A stretch of 64,000 nucleotides of DNA. Source: Marsupella aquatica. Lineage: Eukaryota; Plantae; Marchantiophyta. Of this stretch, positions 1-12,592 are shown piece after piece. The stretch's first letter is position 1. Each line of letters opens with the position of its first letter. Location of the stretch: the NCBI GenBank assembly GCA_973895155.1, contig OZ316892.1, positions 10,086,283-10,150,282 of the forward strand, given 5' to 3'. A program made the position numbers and the translations under genes. Under the pieces are notes generated by a model that worked only from the letters and a program-made list of their open reading frames with translations, searched no databases and had not been told where the DNA came from.

Positions 1-1290
1 CCTAAACGTTTTTGCCCCCAAGAGACCCCCTTTTAATGAACAGTAGGGTTTGTTCTAGTTCGGGTCCTTCTAAAGCGAGAATATGGGTTACTAGGACCAA
101 ACTTTGTCAATAGTGACTACACAAATTTGCTCCGTTTCACCATAGACTGTGTCCGATAGAATTGCAGGCCGTGAAGGAGTCTGGTCCTCGTCGACGGCGT
201 TATTTCAACTAGGCGCTCAACCATGAGGTTGGGATTATTGGACTGCATTCCTTGTTTTGGCAATCCTCCCAGCAGGTTGCTTTGAGGCTTGAGCACGGGT
301 ACAGTAAAGTGAGGTACCGTTGGACTGGCATATGGAAAATGTAAACTAAAAAAACCTGAAGACAATTTTCATCATGACTTCCCAAACCACCCATCTTAGT
401 CATTTGCCTCTTCCCCCAAACTGCACCTTGTCTGCAAAAACTACTCTTTTCCAAACAAATGCCAAGTGTGACCTGAAGACAATGTCCACAATGTCTTCCC
501 AAACCACTTGGGTAACTCAATGTATATTTTGGGATACCACGTGCAATCCTACTCTAATATAAATAACCCTATTTAATAAAAAAAACTTCTATAAATATTG
601 ATGATTTTCACTATTAACTACTTATTTCACTTTGTAAAATGTATAATTATATAATTAGAGAATACTCTATTTATAAATTTGAGTTCATAAGACCTACTTT
701 AACCCTCGCTTTAACTTCCTATGCTTTTTACAAGTTTAGCTATTTCCATCCAACATACCTATTTTGGATTGCACATGGTTCCTACATTTTTTGGTAGTCA
801 ACTCCCTGAGCACTAGTGTCAACCATTTGGCTGCCTCAACCCAACTGGCATTATATTTGCAAAATTACTCATGGCTAAAAGCAGTGTCAAGTGTGACATG
901 AAGACAATATCCACAATGACTTCCAAAACCCCTGGTGGGGTTTAGGATATTTCAAATCCCTAAGTTCCAAGTTCTTGTGCTTTGGTTGCAATGCACTCAT
1001 CCTCATGTCTATTAGTCTACCATCAAATTGCTTCATGATGCAGAATTTAGGATTTGGCCAAATCTTACAAGTTCTACCTTGAAGGTATTTTTCATTTTTC
1101 ATTTGTATTTCAACAAAATGGTTCACCGTGAAATGTTGGCCTGGTTTCCCGGGATCCTCACTTCTTTTCTTCCAACTCATCACACGCAAATAGGTATAGT
1201 GTTTTTACTGGGTTTAGTAAAAGTCTTTAAAATTTTTGTGGGAGGAACATTAGGGATATTTTAATCCAATTTTGAGAATTACTATAATCA

Positions 1291-2180
1291 CTAGCCCGAT
1301 GCCCGTGCATTGTACGAAAGATGTCGAGTGATAAAAAGATGTTGAGGTGATAAAAAGGTGTGGAGTGATAAAAAGATGTCAGATGATAAAAAGATGTTGA
1401 GGTGATAAAAGGATGTCAAGCGATAAAAATATGTCGAGTGATAAAAAGAAGTCGAGTGCTCAGGGGTCTCACTATATGGATGCCTCCCCATCACCTGCAA
1501 CGTTAGGCCTCTGACCCCTAAAATGTAAGAAAAAAAATATTTTTCAACCCCTCTAAAGTTGAAATATTCTTGGAATATTCCAAAAAATTGGTTATAAGGA
1601 CCCTAATGTTCTTATAAGTCTCAAAATTTTATTTAAAAGACCCTATTGTCCTTCTCAAAAAATTCTTAAGTCTTCCCTTTGAATCAATAAAATGACCCTA
1701 TGCTTCATCGCACGTGATGGGCCATTTTTGTGGAAGTGAAACCCCCAAGGTTGAGTGATAGAAAGAAGTCAAGTGATAAAGATGTCGAGGTGATAAAAAG
1801 AAGTCAAGTGATAAAAGATGTTGAGTGATAAAAAGATGCCGAGTGATAAAGACATGTTGAGGTGATAAAAAGATGTCGAGTGATAAAAACATGTTGAGGT
1901 GATAAAAATATATCAAGGTGAGAAAAGATGTCAAGGTGAGAACAATATCTCAAAGTGATAAAAAGATGTAAAGGTGATATTAAAAGATGTCGAGATGATA
2001 AAAAGATGTCAAGGTGATAAAAAGATGTTGAGGTGAGCAAAAGATGTCAAGGTGAGAAAAAGATATCAAGATGAGCAAAAGATGTTCATGAGAGAAAAGA
2101 TGCGGAGGAGATTAAAACAGTTTGAGATAAGAAAAATATGTTTAGGCAAGACACAAATGTCAAGGTGATAAAAGGTGTCA
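1291..2180 (-). mobile_element. Helitron 3' end plus minisatellite (aaaagatgtc(g/a)aggtgat, ~18-19 bp units)
   Basis: On the minus strand reads cgtacaatgcacgggcatcgggCTAG-T: subterminal hairpin plus CTAG at 1291-1294. Adjacent degenerate minisatellite is like those at 10750-10900 and 47220-47900. 5' end not found. Confidence 0.65.
1459..1749. mobile_element. MITE, 8-bp-TSD family (copy 1)
   Basis: Ends ctcaggggtctcact ... agtgaaacccccaag; flanks gtcgagtg / gttgagtg; interior closely similar to 10006-10314. Confidence 0.85.
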
Positions 2181-2888
2181 TGGGATATGGCAAACATGAT
2201 GAAGATGAAGTACATAAGATGCTTAAATACAAATTATATGAGGGCATGTTGAAGAAATTAATACCACACTCATGCAAACTTTATTCATGTTCAATAAAGA
2301 GTTTCATCATATATATAACATTTTTGGTTAACCTTGCAAGGCCCTCCTCAGAATTTGGAAGAAACATTTTAATACTTCTAGGTATAACCCTAAGTATATT
2401 GAACGCCGGCTGGGCCACACCATTGTAAGAGACTTGAGACTTTGATGGGGACCCAATATCTATCGAGTATAATGCTTATCGGGACCCCTTGTCTCACCCT
2501 CCCAACCTTCAAGGTGATCTTCCTACTTCCAGGATGTCTCTTGCCCCTATGGTATCCTCTTAATTGCATGGGCTAATGCAAGCACACTAAAGATATCTCA
2601 TGCAACAAATCTGCTACCTTGTCACTTGAACAAAGAGGGTTCACAAAATTTAAGTCATGCACATATCCCATCCCTTGCTCGTCCCACCCCAAGCCCATGC
2701 CAATCACATCCATGCCCCATAGAGTTTGCCCCCAATATTAGAGGGAGGAGGGTGTGTGTCGTGAGGGAGGGAGTCAGTCAACGGCAGGGAGTGCCTCGAG
2801 TGGGAGTTGCAAGGGAGGCAAGGGCAGGGAGACTCAGGAGGGAGTCGATAGGGTGGCAGTTGCAAGGGTGGGAGAGGGATCAAGCAAG

Positions 2889-3220
2889 CCGGGAGGGAGG
2901 GTGGAGTCACAAAGGAGGAGAGCTCGGAGTGACTCCACCCTCCTTCCCGGGTGATTATTGAAATTAATTTTTAATAACATATTATTTAAGCAGAACTTTG
3001 AAGGTTATATCTGGACTCTGTGTAATTTTTAATAGTTATGTGCATTCTGAAAATGGGTGGGGAGCCGGGAGGGAGGGTGGAGTCACAAAGGAGGAGAGCT
3101 CCCCACCCATTTTCAGAATGCACATAACTATTAAAAATTACACAGAGTCCAGATATAACGTTCAAAGTTCTGCTCAAATAATATGTTATTAAAAATTAAT
3201 TTCAATAATCACCCGAGAAG
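2889..3220. repeat. Near-perfect ~125-bp inverted repeat (2943-3066 / 3096-3220) joined to a small hairpin at 2889-2950
   Basis: gggtgattattgaaattaatttttaataacatatt...gaaaatgggtggggagc is mirrored by gctccccacccattttc...aatatgttattaaaaattaatttcaataatcaccc with only about 3 mismatches. Confidence 0.95.
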
Positions 3221-6200
3221 GGAGTCATGCCACTGTAATTAAAACTTGTGGAAAATTTTACTGGCCATCCCTCTTAAAGCTACCGACATGCACTCCTCCC
3301 TCTCGAGTGAGTTATCAGATCTAATATGGTCCTCAAAAAATGATATATAATTAATGAAATGTTTCTTTACTAAAAAATTTGGAGTTGGAGGCACACTTCC
3401 CCTGTGCCTTTCTAGTCACTTGTTCTATGGTACCTTTATCTCTTTCTTTTATAAATCCAACTACCATAGTTATACATATTGTATATCTAATGGATACAAA
3501 TCACTACCCCCTAAATGAATGTGATCCAATTGTGAAAATCACTCTGCCGCGAACCGCCTTCTTCATGGTTTGTAAGCAGACAAAAGTTGAGATTTGGCGG
3601 CTTGCATATGATAGAGTGTAGATAGAGTTTTTTAATTCAAATATGATAAAATTTCAAGAATATTCTAAAACTTTAAGGGGAAAAAATTACTTACAAAAAA
3701 CTTGTTTGCTGATGTAGCGGGTGATGTAGGGTGTTGATTCCCCCATAGCTTTGCGTGTGATGTTGGACCTCCCCTTGAGTGAGGCCCCCAAGCCTGGGTT
3801 TGTAATGCAACAGGTGGGTATATAGGTGATCTTTTGGGTTTGGACAAATGCAAAAACTAGATTTAGTAGTTTTTTCATGTAGATCACTACTACCTTCATA
3901 ATATACATTTGGACGTAACTGGTGACCTACTGAGAGGATATCTCCAAAACAAGGTCCAATGCAGTATACGAAGGGACATCGAGGCAGCACAAAAATGAGT
4001 GCCTTGTCACAACAGTGCTGCCAACAAGGACCAGCCCCATTGCAAGCCCCATTACTCAGCCTGCAGTTTGATTGGCCACAGTCTGCGGTGAAACTGGAAT
4101 AGCAAATTGGTAGAGGCCTATAGTCACTATTGACAAAGTTTGGTCCTATTAACCCAGATTCTCACTTTAGAAGGACCCAAACAAGAACAAAGGGTACAGT
4201 TCATTAAGAGGGGGTCTCTGGGGCAAAAAGGTTTCAAGAGGGTTGATCAAGTAAACTTGTTTGAGTAGGGGTCTATTAAGCATATCTCTCAGTTAAAAGC
4301 ACTAAGATGGCATGTACAACATAAGGAACAAGAATCGTCTGGAATGACTTTTATTATGGGTGCACTCACAATTATTTTATTGGCATGCTAGACTTGCACG
4401 CATTAGAAAAGTGCTAGAAGCATACAGGTCCTCAGTCGATAATTCAAATTTGGTTATATGTTTTTTGATTTAGCTGAGCACTAAAGGCTTCCAATACTCT
4501 GGATGATCTGAATGGATTGTTAGATGATTTGACGTAAGGTTCTTGGCTAGGTTTCCAGAGCATCCAAATGATTTTGACCACCATTATTATTGGCTAAACG
4601 GTCTTCTAAATAGCAGCACTAGTAGGCACAATTGGACTAAACATCATAATTATGTTGTTTGGTAAGCTAGGTTGACCCCTGGCTAAAGAGCTGAGCTAGT
4701 TATCACAATTGGACTGAACATTAGATGTTGTTTGGTAAGCAAGGTTGTCCCCTCTTCTCTGTGAAGTATGCTCCTTGTATATACAATGGGTGAGGTTTTA
4801 TGGTTGAGTGATGAAGTGATAAGAGACACGTTTGGGTATTGATTAGGGTTGATGGGGCTGCTACGCTTATCAGAGGTTGCTGAGCCCTTGCCACTCGCTC
4901 TTCTTTGTGGGCTTAGTTTCTGGTTATTCCCCTTAACATGCCTCTCAGGCCTGCTGGTTCCCCCATCTGTGAGGTTTGCGGAAAAGAAACGGGAATTTAA
5001 ATAAGTAGATTTATAAAGTAACCTCCAAGTCTAGGCGGACAAGAGTTTTCATGCAGTTTGGTTTTCATCAAATTTACTTCAAGACGGAAACACATTATTT
5101 CATTGCACACTTGTGGTGGTTTTTGTAGTCAAAACAAGATTGTGATTGTTTAATCAACTTTTAAGTACATTGTCACTAAAGATATTTGAATTGACAATAT
5201 TATCAGTGTTTTCTTGTATCTATAAAAATATCATGGTTAAAGTATATAGTTCCCTTGGTTACCTTGGTAATCTTGTCATTCCATATACCAAAACGTGACA
5301 TTTTTATAAAACCAAAATAAACACTGGTAGTATTGTCAATAAGAATATTTCTAGTGGTAAAGTACTTAAAAGCTCTTGTTTTAATTTCATGCAGAGTCCC
5401 ATGCAGAGTGGAGAGTCCATTGCTCAATTCAAGTTCCATCATGTAGCTTCATTTTCAATGGGATAGATCAAGAGTTTGTCTGGAAGGTAAGTTACTGTAG
5501 CTCGTTCAATTCTGTGAGGCTTGCTGCATTGCTGTTATTTTAGATCAACACTTTTGCTGGTACGGTAGGATTTTATGATTTCAAAAGTACTGTCCCCCAT
5601 TTGAATTGACAGACTAGTTGTCACGTCCGACGACACGACAACTTGTCATTTGTCGGCTCCAAAAGGGGTCATTTGTCGCATATTCCCTGATATTCCCCGG
5701 CCAGCTCCAAACTTTCCAGACCCTCTCCCGGCCCGGTCCCAAACTGTTTCCCAACCCCCTCCCGGCCCGGTCCTGAACTCTCCCAAACTCTCCCGACCCG
5801 GTCTCGGACTTCCCCGGTTTAGCGAGCCGGCTCCCGAATTTGGGATCGGGGCAGGGTCAGGGGGCGCCAGCGACAGGCCAGGGTTGGGCCAGGACAGGTC
5901 GGAGCTGGGACGACCAGGTGTGACAAATGTCACTTGTCAGGGTCCAGACCCCTTATTTGCAGGGCAAGTCCAAACCGGGGTACTGTTGTTTGGCACTACG
6001 GCTATAGACCCTAAGTAGTCCAATGGAAGGTATGCAGTCCAAGCATGCTCGTCTTCTCTACTCCAATCCTAAACTATAATACAAGGCTGCGCCAATTTTT
6101 TGCGTGGTCATCATTCAAATATGGCGGCCCATTTTGAGTGGGAACAAAGCAAAGAACTACCAACTCCCGTTTGAGTTCCCTCCCCGGCCCAACTCCCTCC

Positions 6201-7397
6201 CTCGGTCGTGACTGCCACCGCACATCGCGACTTGCCTCGCGTCTCCCTCCCTCTCTCCCTCGGTCGTCTCCCTCCCTCGGCCGCCCGACTCCCTCTCCTC
6301 CCTCTCCTCCCATGCCATGACAGCCAGCCCTACCACGGCCACCCTTGCCACAGCCACCCTGCCACAGAACCCTGCCACGGCCACCCTGCCGCACCCGACT
6401 CGCTCCCTCCTTGCTGCCACGACCAGCCCTGACGACCCTCTCCTCGGGTCCCCTGCCTCACGACCCTCCTCTTAAGTACTCCTCCTCACTTGCCTCCCTG
6501 CAAACCTCTCTTGCTCGCAACCCTCTCCTCGCAACCCTTGCTTTGCGACCCCCTTCCAACTTGCCTCCCTCGTCTTGCTCGCCAACCCCTTCTCGGGACT
6601 GCCTCCTCTTACTACTCACAACCCCCTCCTGCCTACGACTCCCCTCCACCTCTGCAACTCCCCTCCGTGCCTGGACTGAAGGCCTGCTGGCTGACGTGCA
6701 GCCACGCCTTGACTTGACTTTCCCCTCACTTGGACTGACTTGCACCCGTGACAGGGAGACTACTTGCCTCACTCGGCTCACCACTCGCCTCGTGAGCTGC
6801 GCTCAACTTCTCCCTCCCTCCCTCCGTGCCAGAACTTGCCCTTACTCTGCCATTTTGTAACTTGGGCACCCCACTCCTCCTCAACTCGCTGCTCCGCGCC
6901 TGGGCCCAACTAACTCACAGCTGTTGAATTGTGGCCTTTGAGTTGCCCTCGCCACCGGAGCCACACCGCCCCGACTTGCCTGGACCATGGACTGACGAGC
7001 CCCGTGGCCATTCCTCCCCGCCAAATCATCATCCTCAACTCCCAGGGTGCTTGCTCGAAACCAGTTGGGTCCAGGCGATTGAAGTCCCACCGGCCGGGCC
7101 ACTCTGGGGTGTTTGGTCCAGGCGCACTCAACAACAACCAGTTTCAGGCCAGTTGTACTCGCCCCTAAGTGAACTCCTGTCCTTGCTTCCAATGGTTCAA
7201 ACTCCCTGCCGAGCCCGCGGCCCTACCGTGATCACTTGCCACCCGTATTAAACCTAAAAAATGCATGGGTTGGGGGCCAAAAATATCAGGACCAAACTTG
7301 TTCCGGGGTGGAAATCCCCAGAAGCATATATGAGGGGACCACCTCCTCTCAAACATCCAAGTTGGAAAGTGTTGCAAACCACACCACCACCCTAAGG

Positions 7398-7641
7398 CTC
7401 GGGGGGGTCACTATATGAAGGGTCATACATCACGTGCGACGGTTTGGGTCATTTATGACCCCCCTAAGTCACTTTCTAGAAAGTTGTACGGCACCAATCA
7501 TGTGATGACACGTATGCATTTTGCAATTAAACAACCCTATATTTCCATAGAAGGCTTAATAAGTCTTCCGCCAAAACCATTTAAATGGCCCTATACTTCG
7601 TCGCACATGATATGCCACTTCCATGGAAGTGACCCCCCGAG
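7398..7641. mobile_element. MITE, 8-bp-TSD family (copy 2)
   Basis: Ends ctcgggggggtcact ... agtgaccccccgag; perfect TSD ccctaagg. Confidence 0.9.
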
Positions 7642-7649
7642 CCCTAAGG

Positions 7650-8680
7650 GGGCGTGGCATTGGTGAATAAGGAGCCGAGTAAGCTTGGATGAGGTACCAA
7701 TGTGGTTGGGGGATGCAAGAAGGCATGTTGAAAAGTTGGCCAAGCCGTGTCATTGCCCCAAGGGCCCTGGGCCCTCACTCCGTGTAAAAGAAGTGGACCC
7801 CCTGCAATCGGGCCCTTCTCCTGTTTACCCCCGATTTATCCCTTTTTATTTCCATTTTACTATTAAAAGTTCCCTTATTACCGGTAATAATTATAATTAT
7901 TAGTTCAAAATGAATAAAAATTACCCTTCGAGCGTTCGCACGTCCTCCATGTATTAGTTAAGACTGAGGGCCCAGGGCCCAAGGGGTGGCATTGGGGTGG
8001 CCAAAGCCAAGTAAGCGGCCATGGCAACTTTAAATTAGACACTTAAAGTAACCAAAACTTTGGGAGTTACCAATGGGGTTGGGAGATGAAAGGGGTAGGA
8101 AAAAGGCCCATTGAAAAGTCTGCCAAGCCGTGCCGTTGCCCCAAGGGGTCCTCAACATTGGGGCGGCCAAAGCCAAGTAAGCGGCCGCGGCAACTTTAAG
8201 TTAGACACTTAAAGTAACCAAAAATCTGGGGTTACCAATGGGCTTGGGGGATGCAAGGGGTAGGAAAAAGGCCCATTGAAAATTAGGCCAAGCCATGCCA
8301 TTGCCCCAAGGGGTCTCTGCATTGGGGCGGCCAAAGCCAAGTAAGCGGCTGCGGGGACTTTAAGTTAGACACTTAATGTAACCAAAAATCTGGGGTTACC
8401 AATGGGGTTGGGGGATGCAAGGGTAGGAGAAAGGCCCATTAAAAAGTTGGCCAAGCTGTGCCATTGCCCCAAGGGGTCTTGGCATTCAGGCGGCCAAAGC
8501 CAAGTAAGTGGCTGTGGTGACTTTAAGTTAACAAGCTTAAAGTCACCAAAACTTTGGGGTTACCAACGGGGCCGGGTCCTGGATGCAAGGAATGACAAAA
8601 TGTTTTGTTGAATAGTTGGCCAAGCCGTGCCGTTGCCCCAAGGGGTCTCGGCATTGGGGCGGCCAAAACCAAGTAAGAAA
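7650..8680. repeat. ~165-bp tandem satellite, about 5 units, inside the Helitron
   Basis: ccaaagccaagtaag recurs at 8001, 8167, 8331, 8494 and 8663 (one mismatch in the last); degenerate first unit at 7650-7764. Confidence 0.9.
7765..7977. mobile_element. MITE, divergent member of the 8-bp-TSD family
   Basis: TIR ccctgggccctca ... tgagggcccaggg; flanking duplication cccaaggg. The TSD/TIR boundary is ambiguous because the target is palindromic. Confidence 0.75.
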
Positions 8681-9934
8681 ACATGGGTCCCGACATGGGT
8701 TAACTTAGGGGCAAGAGGCACAACTCCTGGAAGCAGGAGGAACGTTGCCAAGGTTGGGTGGGTTGGTGGGATGAAGGGGCCCTTATAGGATGTATCCTTG
8801 ATGGATATTGGGCTCCGTCTAATATCCCATGTCTCTGACTTGCGATGGTGTCCTCTGACAACCAATGTTCAACTTACTTAGGGTCTGTGAAGCTTGGAAG
8901 TGGGCATGTAAATTTTAATGACTCGTAAATTTCAATGACTAACAATACATGTGCGTTGGATGCAGAAAACGGACTATAGGCGGGAGTACATATGGAGTAA
9001 TTAGGGATTTCTTTTGTTGAAGGTGTTGCTGCCAACATGCCTCCTCCCGACCAGGTATTGGCGGCTTGGCGTGAGAGGTATGCCAAAAACAAAAACACCA
9101 TTTATGAAAAGCGTCGAGAGAGGCGAACGCAGCGTCGGCAACAACAAAATGGGGTTCTTGGAAATAATGGAGGGGCTTTGGGGGCTCCAACTGATGGGGT
9201 TCAGACAGAAGCGAGCGCTCTGAAACCAACTTGGTTGCGCGTGTCAACAGTGGGAGACAACTTCGTCATCAGGCTCGGGGCCAAGGGCAAGCATTGGAAA
9301 GACCCCATGCCATGTCCAATAGCTATGTTGGTGATCCGAGCACATTGGTCCGCCAACCCATGGTCCCTGTGACCCACATGTATTCGATGAAGGATGGCTC
9401 ATTCAAGGTGCTTTGGATGAAAGTGGGATTCACCATCCTCCATTGGAGTTAGCCTCCAACACGTCCTATGAGGCAGCATCACATGTTCAGCCAAAACCTT
9501 GCCTCTAATGAGGAGTGGCTTGCCAATGGGGTGTTGGATGATGGGGGATTGATCGTCCTTTGGAGGAACCGATGCACGCTCACACTCAAGCTCATTTGTT
9601 TGACGAGGAGTGGCTAATCAATGGGGCAGTGGATGGTGGGTTTGATCAACATGCGGTGGGGGAATTATATGACGCTGAGGAAGATTATGTCAACGCTGGG
9701 AATGGTGAATTTGAAACTTTTGTCGAGGGCACCTTGGAGTTGTCAAGTGGAGAAAGGGAACCGGATGTAGTGCCCAATGTTACATTTGAAGTCCAGGAGA
9801 GTTTGGCAGCTGCACCAGTCACACCTACGTTGTGGAGCAACGAGGAAATAGCGCAACAAAGATGGAGGGCACAACTAATCAGATGTCTTCCCAAGGCTCG
9901 AAGGCCGTGGAACCTCACTTGGCCCGACATTGTT

Positions 9935-10650
9935 TGCAATGGGGCGTATGGACGTGGTTTGCCGCATATGTGGGGCACTTCATTGGCTTGAGGAATGCAA
10001 AAAGGCTCGGGGGTCTCACTATATGGGGACCTCCCCATCACTTGCGATGTTTTTCCTTGGAATCACCTGCGATGTTTTTAGGCCTCGGACCCCTAAAATG
10101 TAAGAATTGTTTTTTATTTTTAACCCCTATAAAGTTGGAATATTCCAAAAATTGGATTAAAAAGACCATAATATTCTGATAAGTCTCAAAATTGGATTTA
10201 AAAGACTCTATTGTTCTTCTGCAAAAATTCTTAAGTCTTCCTTTAGAACCAATAAAATGACCCTATCCTTCATCGCACGTGATATGCCATTTTTGTGGAA
10301 GTGAAACCCCTGAACAAAAAGGGCATCAAAAACCATCCCCTTTTTAGTGTCTGTTGTGCAAATGGCAAGGTGAAATTGCCTCCTTTTGGTGCCCCACCGG
10401 AGCCTCTGCAAAGCTTGCTTACAAGGCAAGACAATGTTGGGAAGAATTTTTGTGACAACATAAGAGGTTATAACAATGCCTTGGCGTTTACCTCCATTGG
10501 TGCAAACGTGGATGAGTGCAATAATAGTCAAATACCATATTCCTTTCGTATCCAAGGATCATTGTACCATCTTGCGGGGGGGCCTACAGAAGAAGGACCC
10601 AAATTCGCTCAATTGTACATTTATGACACCGTCAATAAAGTGGGGAATAG
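9935..10650 (+). pseudogene. Helitron RepHel N-terminal fragment (Zn-finger-like region plus Helitron N-region), interrupted by a MITE
   Basis: Removing 10006-10322 gives MGRMDVVCRICGALHWLEECKKGIKNHPLFSVCCANGKVKLPP..NIRGYNNALAFTSIG..FRIQGSLYH..PKFAQLYIYDT, typical Helitron protein motifs. Rep and helicase domains are absent. Confidence 0.9.
10006..10314. mobile_element. MITE, 8-bp-TSD family (copy 3)
   Basis: Ends ctcgggggtctcact ... agtgaaacccctgaa; perfect TSD caaaaagg. Confidence 0.9.
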
Positions 10651-12166
10651 GTATATTCTGCAATCCTATAACCACTTGCTCTTTTATTTTGCTCAACTAT
10701 ATTTTCATATATTTCTAACTTGAGTGGTTTTAATTGCTTTTGATGCAGGCTCAACTGACATCTTTTCTCTCCACCATCTCTTGGGCGACACGACATCTTT
10801 TCTTTCCATGATCTCTTGGTTGATACAACATTCTTTTTCTCAACGATATCTTGATCGATATGACATTTTTTTTCTCAACGACATCTTGGCCAACACAACT
10901 TCTTTTGTGCAACAAAGAGATATTGAGCTAGTTTCCAATAAAACTAGGTTTATGCATCTTATATACCTATTGCAGCTGATTGAAGACAAGCACACCGTAG
11001 GCGCAGAGACCAAGGAGAACAACCAACAAGTACAAAAATAATGCAGGGTCAATCGACACAATATATAGCAGAGTGAGCGTGTGACAATGTGACCTACCTC
11101 GGAATGAAGCAATGAGCTCTAAGATTTGTTGAAAACAACTGGACTAGCAACTCCATTTTGTGGGGAGTTCGTTCGAGCATGGTGTCACCTGTTCCAATGC
11201 ATCTGCCCCAAATTTTATTCTATTTTTCCAACTCTTTCGCTGCACCCATCCAAATCCCATGGCTGTACATCTTATCTGTTGCACCTGACTGAGGACCAAA
11301 ACGACCATTTAGTCCATGAGGAATTCAGGACACACGTGGCACAGCTGGATTAAAGTGTGAGACTTACACATTTCCAACCTCAGTACCTCACAGAGACTGA
11401 TCTCTGGAAGTGCTTGCTACGCCTCGTTTCTTGGAGCTCACACACTTTTGCTCGTGATGCTCTTGCAGGTATTATTGTACACTTCTTATGTTCCTTAATC
11501 TGACAGAGTCGTACACTGTTCCTGTCTTCCCTAAGCGCTATTAAATTATAATTATATCAAACTGATCCCAAAAGCGAAAAGGGAACGATCCAATGAAGGT
11601 CCCAATAAAGGGGTTCAGAAAAACAGGAACAGACCCCAAGGCAACAGAACGAAAAGGGTCAATCCAGGGAAAAAGAGTAAAAAGGATGAGACCGCAATGA
11701 CAAAAGACCTAATAAAGGGGGGAAAAGGGAGAGACCTCAGGAAGACCAAAGAGCCCCTCAGATTCTCAAACAACCTCTCAATAATTACTCTAGTAGCCCA
11801 CACAAGAATAGAGAAGAAGAAAATACTACTGGGTGGAACTGACTGCTATTTGAATACATTCAAAGTATAAAAAGAAATTCCAAATAAAATGGATTTAGTT
11901 TTAAAGGTGTTGGGATCGAGTGGGAGGCCAACGTTTTGATTACTACGTCCGAGTTCATTTTTTATTCTTGTAAAATATACATAAATAAATTATATATCTT
12001 ACAAATATGTAAATATCTGTCTTGCCCATACTAAATCCTCTATTTTTGTATAAGATACTAGAGCAGAGCCAATGCTTCTGCTCTACACGCTATGACTGGT
12101 GATAATAAATAATTTTGAGCCAAAGTGTTGACTGTCAAAAACGTGTGAGATGGCCTAGTAGTTGGA

Positions 12167-12592
12167 CACTACAGAATGTTCACTCATAATTAGTATTATT
12201 AGAAATCCCTTATCCGTCTAGGAAGCTGCATAGCCATTATCATCTCAGCTCAAAATCATTCCAAATGATGTGAAAGCTATACGGTTCACCTGAATTAGTT
12301 ACTCTAATTCTGTTATGACACTAATTTTGGTTACATGAGTGATTGTTACTTTGGACTCTAGAGTGTAAAACTAGTGGAGAAAAACAATCCACAAGAAAGC
12401 TACACGGTTCACCCTAGTTAGTGTTACTTACTCTAATTCTGTTATGACATTAATTTCGCGTACATCAGTTAGTGTTACTTTGGGCTCTAGAGTGTAAAAC
12501 TAGTGCAGAAAAACAATCCACAAGAATTATTGTTACTTTGAACTCAACATCACTTTCACCAAAATTAGTGTTAGTAGCACTAATTTGGTAGT
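12167..12592. repeat. ~125-bp tandem duplication (12278-12530), possibly within a CACTA-like remnant
   Basis: ttactctaattctgttatgaca..ctctagagtgtaaaactagt..aaaacaatccacaagaa occurs twice; CACTACAGAA at 12167; right end (tttggtagta) is only a weak match. Confidence 0.4.

Larger units (their letters stand above)
1..4241. mobile_element. Non-autonomous long-TIR (Mutator/foldback-like) DNA element; left end at or beyond the window start
   Basis: Bases 1-119 (tttttgcccc..gagaccccc..ggtccttctaaag..ggaccaaactttgtcaatagtgacta) are the reverse complement of ~4121-4235 (tagtcactattgacaaagtttggtcc..ctttagaaggacc..gggggtctctggggcaaaaa). No transposase ORF between them; TSD cannot be checked. Confidence 0.65.
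6067..10931 (+). mobile_element. Internally deleted Helitron carrying a RepHel N-terminal remnant
   Basis: 5' end A|TCCTAAACTATAATAC..gtggtcatcattcaaa at 6067 matches the reverse complement of 53260-53314. 3' end ..tgtgcaacaaagagatattgagCTAG|T at 10931 matches the reverse complement of 47218-47270. Contains a Helitron coding fragment. Confidence 0.8.

Noticed and set aside
1300-2180. Short regularly spaced repeats as a CRISPR-like array
   Set aside because: Units are degenerate and contiguous with no unique spacers; eukaryotic Helitron-associated minisatellite.
5646-7251. Overlapping 60-170 aa Pro/Arg/Gly-rich ORFs
   Set aside because: By-products of GC-rich low-complexity TE sequence; no recognisable domains.
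11126-11800. Possible solo LTR starting TGTTGA
   Set aside because: No CA end with a matching TSD found.
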